Shown here in pieces: positions 1 through 12,247 of a stretch of DNA of 64,000 nucleotides (positions within the stretch are counted from its first letter, which is position 1; each line of letters starts with the position of its first letter). Below the pieces are notes generated by a model. The model was not told the origin of the DNA, searched no databases, and saw nothing but the letters and a program-made list of their open reading frames with translations. The stretch is taken from NCBI GenBank assembly GCA_052426225.1, contig JBNJNM010000011.1, forward strand, positions 248,001 through 312,000, written 5' to 3'. The position numbers and the translations under genes are program-made. The stretch comes from Zancudomyces culisetae HAW-14-8 (Eukaryota; Fungi; Kickxellomycota).

Positions 1-292
1 ATTACTCCATCTATATATCTTTAATAGATGACCATGATAGTATCAATCCTGACGAAATTTACCAGTCAATTCCACCACCACCATTTTTTTTAAAATTTTA
101 AGTTTAGAGTGTTTAATGTGATATATTTGAATTGCTTTTATAATCCCACTAATTTTATTTAATACTTTATAGCATGTAATAAACAAGTTGTGAAATATTT
201 TAAAAGAAGTCCTAAGAGTGTGATATTTAGCTTGCACCTTTGTCTCAAATATTTATTGTTCTAAGTATGTGGAAATAGTACTCAACCTTCCG

Positions 293-312
293 AAGGGGAG
301 GGGGGGGGGGGG
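293..312 (+). repeat. Poly-G tract (G-quadruplex potential)
   Basis: aaggggag followed by a long G run in AT-rich intergenic DNA. Confidence 0.7.
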
Positions 313-590
313 CGAGGCTTTTGTTTATTTTTATTATTGTATTTACCGTTTTCCTCAACTTGCTTAAAAAATACAGGAAATAGAATCTACTAGGAAAACA
401 TTTAGCTCCAATTCGGAAGCTACTTAACCAGGCTGTTTGATCCCAAAAAGCTGAAAAAGCACCTTTCCTGAATCAAAAAGCATTTATAGTTAATAACAAA
501 GTTTTACTTTTATTGAATATCGTGATACTAAAACACACTTTTCTATTGAAACATTCCGATTTAAGGAATATTAAAAGTTATACAATATGG

Positions 591-1073
591 TTATTTCAAA
601 GTAATTCTCTTATGGCTTAATATAAAATATAAAACAATAAACACAGCTATCAAAGAAATAACTAAAAAGGCCAATATAGATATTACTATTAATTTTTTCT
701 TTTTTGATCTCCCTGAACTTTTATCTACAGTACCTCTCTCAATATTAGAAACCCAAAATGAACTTGAGCCTAAATTTCCCGAATAGGGGGTTTTTTGTCC
801 ACTTACTTGGGTTCCATCCAGAGACACATCCCTTAGATTTAGCTGATCCATAGTAATTTTAAAATCCTCTTGTAAGGATTCAGTGCTCTTTGTATCCGTC
901 GGTGACGGTTTCTTAATGGTTATTGTTTCAAAATCTACAGACACATCCTCTTTTGATGTGTTGATTTCCTGTACTTTTGGAGTGGCGTTCGATGTTGAAG
1001 TGGGTGGTTTAGGTAATTCTTTATTTTGTGGTAGTACTGACTGCTTCAGGTTTATTTTTTTTGATTGGTACAT
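591..1073 (-). CDS. Hypothetical 160-aa protein with a single C-terminal transmembrane helix (tail-anchored/type II)
   Basis: ATG ORF with an S/T/K/P-rich soluble region, then KKKK and a hydrophobic stretch LIVISILAFLVISLIAVFIVLYFIL. No family recognised. Confidence 0.55.
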   Translation of the reverse strand: MYQSKKINLKQSVLPQNKELPKPPTSTSNATPKVQEINTSKEDVSVDFETITIKKPSPTDTKSTESLQEDFKITMDQLNLRDVSLDGTQVSGQKTPYSGNLGSSSFWVSNIERGTVDKSSGRSKKKKLIVISILAFLVISLIAVFIVLYFILSHKRITLK

Positions 1074-2639
1074 ACTTCGGTTATGAACTGATTATTGAAA
1101 AGTGAATGAGGGCGCTATTTAGCCCTTATTTTTAAGGGAATGCTGTGGGATTGAGTATCGACTATAAGAAATACCAAAAGTTTTGAGATGTTGAATTAAA
1201 GTTGCACTTGATTTGTTTTATGTTTATTTTATTATATGTGGTGCAATTTATTTCCTTTTGTGCAATAGGAGCGGATAAAGGAATATATCACCGAGTTTTA
1301 ATGTAACCTAGTTTGTACAATATTAAAATAGTAAAAAAGAATAATAAGCTTACTTTATATATCAACACCTTATTTATATGCTGTAATTGTATACACCGAG
1401 CTTTTGTTGTCTTAGTCAACTGTCAGAGTTATAAAAAAAGCTCAACCGATCTCTCACTCTCTCGCTTTCTCTGACTCTCTTGTACAATCCAGTGTTTTTC
1501 AATGCCAACTACACTATTTAATTACTAAACAACCGCTGATATAGTTGAAATAGTAACTGTTTATTCGGCATCACAAAAAGTACTTCGTTTCGCCCGTATG
1601 CGGTCAGCTCGATATAATTTAACTGTAAAAGTCAACCTGTTCTTTTAATAAACCCAGGGTATGACACTTCCTTTTTGCTTTTATTTTTGCTGTTAATAAT
1701 GTTAGCTTTGAATTTAGTATATAAAATGCCTTATTTCTGTTTGCAGTGTTGAGATAGTTTTAAAGAAGCTATATGCATATAAAACTGATATTCCTTTTTA
1801 TTTTTATTTTCGAAAGCATTCAACACTTTATTATACTGTGAAAAAGAAAAAGAAAGGTATATTTATCTCGCTTTGAATTAAAACTGATCTTTCATCGGCT
1901 TATTGGGATTTTCCAATTTTTTTCATCCCAATGTAATTCAGACTACAATCCTATAACATTTTCTACTCGTGTTAGTCTATTAAACAGATACTAGCAAAAA
2001 TATAGAAAAGAAAGTTAAAAAAACGCAATTTTAAGGCATGATGGGTTGGGGATAAGCATGTATTTCCTGGTATTTTCAAAGGACCTGCTTGCACTATAAT
2101 TTTAGTCTTCAAAAATATTTGCAAAGGTGTATTAACCTTAGAACTAGATCTTCCCCGCCTTCCTTCCCCCCACTTTCTCCCCAGTTCCACAATAATTCTA
2201 GTTTTAATTTGATTGTAGGTCCCACAGATACCCTTAAACACCAGGAAAAACAAACAAAAAACAAACAAGGTTGCAGATTCGGGGGCAAATGGGATATGCT
2301 TTACAAAAATCACTTTGGTTTTTGTTCATGCCAATGGTTGTTTGTAGTGTAGTTGCAATTAGAACCTTTAAAAAATTACTTTCTTTTTATGCATTCAAAT
2401 GAACAGAGTGTGTGGGCTAAACTAAATCGAATTGTTTAGGCTCTTGAAAGAAAAGGCTGATATCATAAAATTCCTATGAGCTAATTTGCGTAACTAGAAT
2501 GGATGGCGCCACAAAATGCTAATACAAATGGAAGGGCAATGTAAGTAGTTGTGGCGTCAAAGTAATTAAAACCCCAATATCCTTTTTCCTAGCTACCTTG
2601 TTCACCGAATCCAACGAAATGAATTCCCCATTGCTTTCC

Positions 2640-2700
2640 CAAGCTCAAGCTCAAGCTCAAGCCCAAGCCCAAGCTTAAGCCTAAGCCTAAGCCTAAGCCC
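2640..2700 (+). repeat. Hexamer tandem repeat (AAGCTC/AAGCCC/AAGCCT), about 10 units
   Basis: Read directly; unit variants occur in successive blocks. Confidence 0.85.
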
Positions 2701-3599
2701 AAAATTAATAACAGAATTAAACACTAAACTGAAATATCATCTTTGTACCTGATTTTAACCACATCATCACTATCAACTTGCTTGCAGAAACGCTCATGAT
2801 ACCTAATGACAGGAACATTAAAAAGTACAAGGAGCCAAATTTCTGAAGCCGAGAGTCTTTTCTGACTCTTTTTATATATATAAATTGTGCATAGGCAGAT
2901 GGTGTATTAAAACATCTGCAATAACATCAACCCTCCCCATATCACCCCAGAATTTAAGTGTCTCGTCTAACTCTTTTATAATAAAAATGACAATTTAATT
3001 GGTGGGTATACTTCTATAGACCATGCAAATACCATTTTTTTAAGTTGGCAAAAGAATGTCATTTTTAATAAAAACAATATGACCTTAATAAATGCTGTAA
3101 CAAGAAACAGTTGTCACTAATCAGTTTTACTGGACCATTGATCTATCCTTTTTTTGAATAGTTTGTAGTTATTATCATGATCGGCTCAAGAGTAGGAAAT
3201 AAACGGTATGGTTTTAAAATTTTCTGGTTGAATGTTTGTTTGTAGCTTTGTAAAACACCATAGCAATGGATCACTTAGAAATATATCCGCGTTTCAAGAC
3301 CATCCTTTTTTTTTGTTACTCCTGGTTGCTGAGAAACAATAGCTATAAAACAGAACTACAAAAATTTCCAAGTAATAATCAAAACCTCAACTACATATAT
3401 ACTATTTATGTTTGATGGAAAGTATATCTCGTAATTTCATCCACTACGTTAATACGGGTGAGGTATTTGATAAAGGGTAATTTATTTATTTTCAGTATTA
3501 AAACGTGGATGGACCCTAATTACAACTGAAAAACAGTTAAAATCACTACAGAATTTGTACAAGTAAAGAAAAGAGAGACTAAAAGCTTGGTATCTAACC

Positions 3600-4006
3600 A
3601 TAAGCCAAGAGTACAAAAGAGCATTTACATCTAAAACTTTAGGTACATTTGAAATTTAATAGGTTTAATTTCTGGGGGTGACTTGGCACATACCAATGCA
3701 GCTTTTTTCTGCAAACATGGCCATGTATCCACCGTTTTTAGATGTTGTGACAAATCTAATTGATGCAAACTGCTTCGAGTTGTAGCATTTAAGTACGCTA
3801 CTGTTATTTTTGTGTAATTTTTGGTCAACACCAAGGTTTTTCTAGGTTTTAAACTCCACTCGGGGAATCTTAGACCTCAAGTTGTGGGGGTTGATACCAT
3901 CTAAGCTGTTTTCACGGTTTTGCCGGAAACCGCACTCATCGTATGAGCTGGTCAGGGCTGAACCCAAGAACAATGTACCAAAGAATACTAACTTGACTAT
4001 TTTAAT
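3600..4006 (-). pseudogene. Probable pseudogene of a small secreted Cys-containing protein
   Basis: Manual translation from 4006: IKIVKLVFFGTLFLGSALT (signal-like, ATT where ATG is expected), SSYDECGF...EFKT*KNLG...LKCYNSKQFASIRF...GGYMAMFAEKSCIGMC...RN*TY*ISNVP. In-frame stops at 3842-3844, 3665-3667 and 3656-3658. The 3' end is approximate. Confidence 0.45.
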
Positions 4007-6306
4007 ATTATTTGATATTGGTGGGTATTATTAGACCTTGCTATCAAGGGTTGTATTGTTGTTGATACTGCTTTTTATTTTAATCCGGAGGAAAAATCTT
4101 GATATTTTTATACTTTTATAAAATGCTTTTTTAGGTTTAAAATGTTGTCTATACTCTGAATAACGTTTTTAAAAATAACATTAGCTGATATGCGTATTCT
4201 GTAAAAAATAAAAAAACGTATTTTGCTAAAGTGCTATATATCAAGCCCCAGAGTTCTACCAATATTGAACTTCAACTCAAATTCACTTTTTGTAACTCAA
4301 AGTGTGTGATTTCTCAAGTGTAGTTGATTATTTAAATATAAAAATATTTAAAGGGAAACTAGTAACTATCTAATTTTTAATATGCAGTTCTATGATCAGG
4401 ACTGACCACCCGTCGTTTCCCACCATTTTGCTAACAAGTACAATCATAAATAAAAAACCAGAAAATTGCTGCACCATTTGGTGGGAATTGTATCTTTTGT
4501 AAAGTTCAATCACTCATACCAATACTTATCCATTCACGGGCTTTAAGTGTTCGAGGGTGGAGGATGAGGTTCTGGCCCAAATTCAACACATCAATGAAAA
4601 AAATTGCGAAAAACCAACATTTATAAATGCATCTAGATATATCCAGTATTTTAAATCGATTTGGGAGGATCAGGGGAGGAGGGGAGGAGGGGAGGAGGGG
4701 AGGAACCCCGCTGAGTTATCTTTATATGCGTGTTTAATTTATCTAGAATATACTATGGTATGATATTGTCGTCTAAGGTGAAACTAATTATATTAGTGTT
4801 ACAATTTGACCAGAATAACTAGGTTTTAGTGCAATAAGCCTAGACTTCTTTCTATTTTGTTGTCAGCATTGGTGTTGGTGAGGATACTTTTATCAGCACT
4901 AAAACATTATTAACGGTAGATCATATGTGTTGAACATGAGTATAGAAACATGCAAAGGCTTAAAACGGCTTTCCTTCCAGATCAATACTAGAGCTAGCTT
5001 AAAATCAAATTTATTTCGCCTCTGTTTTGTTTGAGACATAAAGCGCTCAATGCCTAAGTAGATATGATTCTGGGGAACACAACTGGATAATAACCTGGTG
5101 GGACCTGAACGATGAGAATATTCCTTTTTTTTTGTATAGAATACCCTTGTGTCTACCAGAAAAAAAAGAGAGTTTGCGGGTAACTATAGTATATAAAAAA
5201 CCTGTTTTCATAGAAAAAGAAATAGACAAAAGTGTTGCAGCGAAAAGTCAAGTTAAATGGGATTTCCCTCAGTAGCTGCCCGTATCCGACCATTTCTTAT
5301 GTGTATGTGTCTATGTGTATTTTAAAGAGGAGGATTTCAATAAAAAAAGTTATGGCAATAAGAGGTCGTACTTTATAGTACGTTTAAACCCCATTTAACT
5401 AATACTAAGATCAAAACAAGAGAGACCTGGCAAAGAATCGACAATCCATCAGTAGACGAGAGCAAATTCAAGTGATGCTTTAAATGCTGCATACTATCTT
5501 TCCTAAACAGAAATTCACCAATAAACACATACTTGAACTATCAAATAACTCTGAATTAAATAAACTTCATAATTGTCCGAATATCCATAGTAAAATCCAT
5601 ATATCACCTTAAACTACTGTTATAGATAAAAGCCCTGATCAATGCACAAGTATTTAATGATGAAAAGTATCCTCATGTGTACTTAAACCATAATAATACA
5701 TTTGAATGATGTAGAATGCTTTTTTTTTACAAAAGTACAGAGTTAAGTATACATAGCAAAAACTGGGCAAAAATAAACTGAAAGTTTATAAAGAGATGAT
5801 TAGCATGGGGTAGGAAACTTCATATGTATATTATCACTAGGTAAGCAGAAAGAAATATGGTTACCAAAAAAGAGTTTGACACTTCTAATCATTGCTTGCT
5901 GCAAGGTTTTTCCATAAACCATAATTATGAAATATACAGAACTATTCCTTCATTGCCTCAGAATTGGCTTTTGCTTGCCACACTTAGAGTGTTGGTTGAT
6001 GTTAAGATACATATGATAAATGGTGCAAATGGAGTAGGGAAACCAAAAAATAAAAAAGCGCAAGTTCTCGGACAAGGAAACTGGCTGCCAACTTCATTGA
6101 TGTAATTGGTCAAAAAAGCCCGATATTCCGCACCCATCCAGATTGTCTGAAAAACAGTATCTATTTTTTCTTTTTCCAGTGCTTTGTTCACTTTGTTTTT
6201 GTTTTTGGTTTTAGTTTTGTTTTAATTTCTTGTTGGCATGGATTCAGAAGTTTGGTTAAAATATCAGAAAAGCTAACACGACGGTTTAGAAATTAATGTA
6301 AATGAA

Positions 6307-9300
6307 ATGGCAATCATCACAGAGGCAGAGTATGTAATTGAGCAGATGAGATTGTCGTTTTTACGATATAAAGATGGAGTTGGGGAACATGTAATTCAAA
6401 TTAAAAGATCAAAAGCCCAAAACGAGTGGAATTATGGATATTGGAAAACAAAAAATGGAGGCGAGGCGGGATGGGACGGAGAGAGAACAACGAGTGATGA
6501 TGATTCTGAGGAAGAGAGCGAAGAGGAAATAAAGATTCCCTCAAGCCCAGAGCATCAAACACTTGCGGCTGTGGTAGGTGCAAATGAGTTGGATAGAAAG
6601 GGTAGAGGTGGAGGGGAGATGGGTGGATTTAGACGAGATTACATGGGGAAAAAATACCGAAAAGATGTGACCAAACGTGTAATTCAAAATTTAGAGATAA
6701 AAATAGAAAATGACAAAGACGGTAGTTGTGCGACGGAAGATGGGGCTAGAGATAAAGAACCAAACAAAAATGAAACAGGAAAAGTGGATAAAATGGGGTT
6801 AATAGATATGCTGAGGGTGGAATCGAAGGGTAGAATTGGAATGATACCTAAAACAAGGAGGCGGGAGGGTAGTGAGAGCGATCAAAGTGAGTTAGAGCTA
6901 GAAAGAATTAAGAACGCTGGTGAAATGGTGATAAACCCAGCGAAGGTGGAAAATGCAGAGATATTGAGACGAGCACAACAAAGTAAGGAGGACGAAGAAA
7001 GAAGGCAGAGAAAAAAAAGCCACAGGGGACTCAATATAACTGGGTCAAGAATGGCGAGGATATGGTCAATAGACAAAGGAGTACTAAATACCATCCAAGA
7101 AGCAGAATATACAGTAGACGGGGAGGGGAGGCCTGTAGAAGAGCGTGTAAAGGATGGTGCAGATATACAGGAAAAATATAGCAAGGGTGAAAGGTTGGTA
7201 GATTCTTTAGAGGAAAATGAGGACCACAAGAAATTTGATGGCAAAGTAGAAGATAGAATCAGGAAATTAGTAGCACCAATAAAGGCTCGACGAAGTAAAA
7301 CGTACCCTGCAGGAAATGTGGTGGGCAATGGGCCGGGGAGTGGGGCGGGGGCGAGGGAAGAGGTGGATAAAAAAGTGGCTGGATCACGCATCCGAGAGGA
7401 GAAAAATGAAGACAAGAGAAAGACGATGTATGTACAAACGAGTGTAGAAGAGAAAATGTTACAAAAAAAACAGAGGCCACTAAGTGTATATTGGGAGGAG
7501 CCAAAACAAGGCACAGTTGCTGCAATAAGACCAATATCGATATTGTATGAAGGAAGGGGTCGAAATGAAGAAAGCAAAAGTCAAGTAAGGGGTGGGGAGG
7601 GGGGAAGAGGAAGAGCAAAAGGAGGAGGAAGAGGAAGAGAGCCGGGAGAATATTCAGGAGAGGCTGAAGGACTGGAGGAGGAGGGGGAAGGGGAAGGGGA
7701 GGATGGAGAGGAGGATGAACTCGAGGATGACGACGACGATGAAAAGGAAAAAGTACTCTTGGAAGCCAAAAGGAAACAACAGGAAAAATGGATGGCTGCG
7801 TCAGAACAACGACAGTCAAGGATTGATATGATAAAAAGGGCTGGGGCAACCCAGACATCAGGGTTAGGTCAGTTACTTAAGGGTAAAGGCGGGAGAACTA
7901 CAAGTGTTCAAATTGGAGTGGGCTACAAACAGTTTATTGACCAAGAAAATGGGCTTAGTACAATAGTGTACTTGCCTGAAATTTTGTTTAACAGGCAAAA
8001 TGAACGTATGGAAGCGGCTGAACGGGCGATAAACGTCAATTTGTCAGAGACAGCCACCGCGGAGCAGCTAATAGGAGCAGTTCTGTATTTATTGAGTGAT
8101 AGGCTAAATGGCCTTGACAGCTCAAACGATACGAAGGAAATGGGCGTGATAGCGGTGGAAAGCAGCATTTTGGAGCAATACGGGAGAGCTGAGTGTTGGG
8201 ATGTTCGAATAGCCGAAATTGATGGCGAGATTGACTACGACTTTCCTGTTCTAGACCGTACACGGGTTGTAAGCAAAATAGGAATAACCGAATTTGCGAT
8301 ATGTTTGGCGCCGACAAGGCAGGACATGCCACAGTCAGCTGGTATTGGTGCGGATGGCTACAATGCTTATCCTGATTATAGTGGTGCCGCGAAACCCCTA
8401 AACATGTATTATCGATCAAGGCTTGCTAATGAAAACACGGCCCGCCTGTTTAAACGCCAAACAGCTACTAACGAGCGACCAGAGACATTTCTGTCGGCTA
8501 TCCGCACCAGCCGTATACTGACCAATGAAGACCATGGATATGATTTGGCGATGAACATGCCCGCACTGAGGGACAGTGTTCAGGTTGACAGTACCCAGAA
8601 ATTTACCAGCTCGAGGATAAGGGACTCGGTGTATAGACATAACACCCATACCTATAACTATATTGCACAAAACGCAGGGGAGTCGGCGCAGTTAGTGCGG
8701 ATATACTTCTACAGAGAACAAAATGAGGCGAAAAAGAACACCGGAAAGCATATAACCAGGAATTCTGATGTGTATCTTAGCACCACTATCCGTACAATGG
8801 TACAAGATACTCTGTTTGATGTCTTGAGGCTTGCGTGCAGAAAGTGGGAGTTGGTTCAGCGAGATTACTCGCTTACATTTGTCGAAGAACCGGCAAAACC
8901 ACTGGCATTGGCAAGGACAGTGGGTGAACTTCTACCTTGTAATTTGGAATTTTGTCTAGTTCCAAACACATTGCTTTCGCCCCAAAATGAACCCAATACC
9001 AATACCAACACCAATACCAAATACAACTATGATTTTGACATTTCTGGTAACAGCAACAACATCAGCAGCGCTTTAAGCAATCTTGGAAGGTCCGATATAT
9101 CATCTGTCTCAATAGACCTCCTTCCAAGCTCCGTTAACTGCTACTCATTTCAGGTGTTCCGTAGGTTGCAAATGTTTGCCAAAGCTGAATATACCCTGAT
9201 GATCGATTCTGAGTTTGTTTCGCTCCTGCCCATGTTTCAAAAGAAACGTACTGGGCTACAGCACAATTCATCCATCTCGCTACCCTTAAACGACTTGGTC

Positions 9301-9498
9301 CATTGCAAACCATCCCTGAAAAACCCAAAACGACTCAAACTTTTAGTCTACCAACATACCAACAGCACAAACAACCACCTCAATACTGGGCAATCCAATG
9401 TCAATGCCCCCGTGCTTGCCAAATCGATCCAGATCGAAACCAAGTCTGCGGAGGATTGTCAAAGGATAACCCAACTCATTAACTCCACAAAGCCTTAA
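6307..9498 (+). CDS. AVO1: TORC2 subunit Avo1/Sin1 (MAPKAP1 family)
   Basis: Sin1-type N-terminus (MAIITEAEYVIEQMRLSFLRYKDGVGEHVI), CRIM motif DGEIDYDFPVLDRTRVVSKIGITEFAIC, RBD-like segment and C-terminal PH-like domain. Confidence 0.85.
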   Translation: MAIITEAEYVIEQMRLSFLRYKDGVGEHVIQIKRSKAQNEWNYGYWKTKNGGEAGWDGERTTSDDDSEEESEEEIKIPSSPEHQTLAAVVGANELDRKGRGGGEMGGFRRDYMGKKYRKDVTKRVIQNLEIKIENDKDGSCATEDGARDKEPNKNETGKVDKMGLIDMLRVESKGRIGMIPKTRRREGSESDQSELELERIKNAGEMVINPAKVENAEILRRAQQSKEDEERRQRKKSHRGLNITGSRMARIWSIDKGVLNTIQEAEYTVDGEGRPVEERVKDGADIQEKYSKGERLVDSLEENEDHKKFDGKVEDRIRKLVAPIKARRSKTYPAGNVVGNGPGSGAGAREEVDKKVAGSRIREEKNEDKRKTMYVQTSVEEKMLQKKQRPLSVYWEEPKQGTVAAIRPISILYEGRGRNEESKSQVRGGEGGRGRAKGGGRGREPGEYSGEAEGLEEEGEGEGEDGEEDELEDDDDDEKEKVLLEAKRKQQEKWMAASEQRQSRIDMIKRAGATQTSGLGQLLKGKGGRTTSVQIGVGYKQFIDQENGLSTIVYLPEILFNRQNERMEAAERAINVNLSETATAEQLIGAVLYLLSDRLNGLDSSNDTKEMGVIAVESSILEQYGRAECWDVRIAEIDGEIDYDFPVLDRTRVVSKIGITEFAICLAPTRQDMPQSAGIGADGYNAYPDYSGAAKPLNMYYRSRLANENTARLFKRQTATNERPETFLSAIRTSRILTNEDHGYDLAMNMPALRDSVQVDSTQKFTSSRIRDSVYRHNTHTYNYIAQNAGESAQLVRIYFYREQNEAKKNTGKHITRNSDVYLSTTIRTMVQDTLFDVLRLACRKWELVQRDYSLTFVEEPAKPLALARTVGELLPCNLEFCLVPNTLLSPQNEPNTNTNTNTKYNYDFDISGNSNNISSALSNLGRSDISSVSIDLLPSSVNCYSFQVFRRLQMFAKAEYTLMIDSEFVSLLPMFQKKRTGLQHNSSISLPLNDLVHCKPSLKNPKRLKLLVYQHTNSTNNHLNTGQSNVNAPVLAKSIQIETKSAEDCQRITQLINSTKP

Positions 9499-9650
9499 AC
9501 CCACTATTTAGAATGTTTATTATTTATAATCTTTTATTTATTATTATATATCTTAATAAACAGTATTACTATCGTAATAAACAAGGATTTTTAAAACAAA
9601 AAGGAAAAACAACTGTTCAAAGGATGTCAAAGCTCAAATATTTCACTAAT

Positions 9651-10400
9651 TTATGCCTTTGTCTCGGTCTTTTTCAGCTGTGCAACTTGGCGTTGAACAA
9701 CATAACGTTGCTATTTTTGTTATAAAACGATAGGGTTAGTACACTGTTTAAAAATGGTTTAACAACAACACAATAGGATCCCGTTAAGTAAATAAGCACA
9801 CAAACATACCTGTTTCTTCAATCGCATAACCTTAAATCGCTCAAAGTCAGTCAACAAGCTGCGGCGTCTGCGGACTGCCAACTTCTTGGCCCATGAAGTG
9901 CGTGCCCATTGCTCATCAACCTTGTTCTTGATGATTGCGTTTCTCAAAGCAGATGAACCGATGGTTCGTGGCAGCTTGCGGATTACAATGTCGGTAAGTG
10001 TCATTTGAGAGAATGAGGCAACATGTCGGTGAACACCACTGGTTGGTCCATCAACTATTGCGCGGTTGTGGTCAACGACATCGACAATTACGGCGATTCT
10101 ACCGGCCTTGTTTCCGTGTGTCAAAAGAACTACACGTCCAACTTCTACAAATCTCTTGAATGATGTCTATTTTTCATTATCAAAAGTGATATCTTAGTTT
10201 AAAATTGTTATATTTGATAGATTTCGAAGCGTTCCACTGTATATCTCGATTTTATTCACATAATCGCAATATGTATCATTTTCTGTTGTTTCGATTTTAG
10301 TCCTTGTTACCAAGCTAAAATATGGTTGTTATTTCTGAACTAATAGTCCAAGGTTCAGAACATGTTAAACCTCGCAAATCAATACACGGTCAATACTCAT
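9651..10400 (-). CDS. RPL14: 60S ribosomal protein L14 (eL14), 3 exons: 10400-10386, 10166-9810, 9710-9651
   Basis: Spliced product MSIDRTSFKRFVEVGRVV...IVDVVDHNRAIVDGP...LTDFERFKVMRLKKQQRYVV. GT-AG introns; TACTAAC branch point in intron 2. Exon 1 is the least certain. Confidence 0.93.
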
Positions 10401-12079
10401 TTTGAGATATTAAACAAAGCTTAAAGAAAAAAGCAGATTCAAATCACATTCACAAATTGTACCATCTCATAATCACTCGAATCTCTTTTTTTGAATGTTG
10501 CCTTCTGTTACGATGCAAACAATTTACAGTTGAAAGTCAGCCGCCCATCGAAAATCCTTTATATAAGCTCTCTCTGGTCCGATACACGCCTAAAAACACC
10601 ATATTTCAATATATTAAAGGGCTCTTACCATTTTATCCTCTCTTTATTATGGCTATACCTCTAGTTGTGAAAAAGAAAAAACAAGGTTATACTCTTTATT
10701 TTTTTTTTTGGTTTTTGATTTTTTTTTTCTAACCTTTTTAATTTTTGAATTTTTTTTTTTGCTAATACAAAATTTCGAGATTCAATACTACCTTTGCATT
10801 CATATTTTATTGGCTCTTTTTGGTTGTGTTTTGGGCAAAAAAAAAAACTACAGTTTCAATACTAAGGCTCAAATCTACCCATGATCCTATCCAATCATTG
10901 ATGAGCTAGACCTCCCGTACTGCTCTTTTTTCATTATGCCTATCCTTCAAGAAAAATGCACAGTCAAGAAACACTATAAGGAAAGGAGAGAGGAGAGAGG
11001 AAAGGAATACAACCTATCTTTTACGGTAAATACCTAGTTTTCTAGTAATTTATGTTCACAACGTTGACCCAGAATCAGTATACCAAACCTTCCTATTACA
11101 TCTATTCGCCAAACCAAAGAAAAAAAACATGGTATATTATAATATGGAAGCAGGTATGACTACAGCTTAAACTGAAACAAGCTGTTAATTTCATAATTAT
11201 TTTATTTTTTGATCTCAGTTTGTCTCTCTTTTAATCGCTTCCTTGGTAATCAATGCTATATTAGCAACATCACATACCAACACAAGTATCCAAAGACATT
11301 TCCTGTATATAATATTTTGTTAATAGTGTAGGGAGGAGGTAAGTACGAGATATATCCAAAAACAAACACAAATAAAAGATAAACTATTATCAGTATAAGC
11401 GCAAATATCGTCAAGAAAGTTACATTTTGATTACCATATCCACTGATTGTTGTGTGGTCTGCTAGTGTATTATATATCCGTTGCACTTTAATGTGTATTT
11501 GTGAGAGTTTACCAAGACTTGAGTATGTGGTATGGTATAGCTCGAAGAAACTTGAGAACGTTCAATGTGATTTCATAAAAAAATACTCACACAGCGTAAG
11601 ATATTCCTTTGTTGGCTTGACGAATATTTCTACACAGGTCAAAAGAACACTTTCCGCCAATAATATTATGAAAGATGTGTACCTTTTTTTAATGAAAAAA
11701 AGCGTCAGCGGATGTCTCCCACTATGACAAGATTAAGATGAATATATGCAACCAGCAATAAAATACAAGAAACTATTTAAAAAACGGCATAATTAAGAGA
11801 GAGAACATAGTTCAATCCTTGATATCAAAGTTGGCGTATCGAAAGTATACTTTATTGCGTCCACAATATATAAGCGCATTAACACTAGGACAAATACGAT
11901 AATAATATCCAAAAAAAGTTTTAGTAGTTACAAAAACGACCTACTACCACAAGGAACATTGTGCCAAACATAAAATATAGTGGCAGTGTTCACCTAAAGG
12001 AAATACTGGTAATGTGTATAGCACGCGATACTACGAGCGAGATGTCGCAGAGGTGTACAAAAAAAGAAATAGTATTCGA

Positions 12080-12247
12080 TTACCACCAGGCAAAGAATCG
12101 TCCGAGAGCTACACCTAACCAACTGGCATTCGCGCTTTGTGCTTCACCGCTTTTTTTGGCGGATTGAGAGACGTTAACATTTGGCTCGTTGACTGGAGAC
12201 GCAGCTGCGGCGGCGGCAAGAGCGAGAACAACAAATTGTACCTTCAT
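12080..12247 (-). CDS. 55-aa secreted prepro-peptide, below the ORF-track size cutoff
   Basis: Manual translation MKVQFVVLALAAAAAASPVNEPNVNVSQSAKKSGEAQSANASWLGVALGRFFAWW*. Signal peptide ending AAA|SPV, AAAA-ATG start context, and a GC-rich island in AT-rich DNA. Confidence 0.8.
   Translation of the reverse strand: MKVQFVVLALAAAAAASPVNEPNVNVSQSAKKSGEAQSANASWLGVALGRFFAWW

Noticed and set aside
2640-2700. Interstitial telomere (TTAGGC on the minus strand)
   Set aside because: Only about 3-4 such units, grading into other hexamer variants; better explained as ordinary minisatellite slippage.
2480-2860. Possible degraded secreted-protein gene on the minus strand (KFGSLYFLMFLSLGIMSVSA...; GYWGFNYFDA)
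   Set aside because: Requires frameshifts and stops and has no clear start; cannot be distinguished from chance without a homology search.
6882-7858. Long antisense ORFs within AVO1, and similar ones within DOA10, METTL16, the VPS9 gene, eIF3m and gag-pol
   Set aside because: Explained by compositional skew that depletes antisense stop codons.
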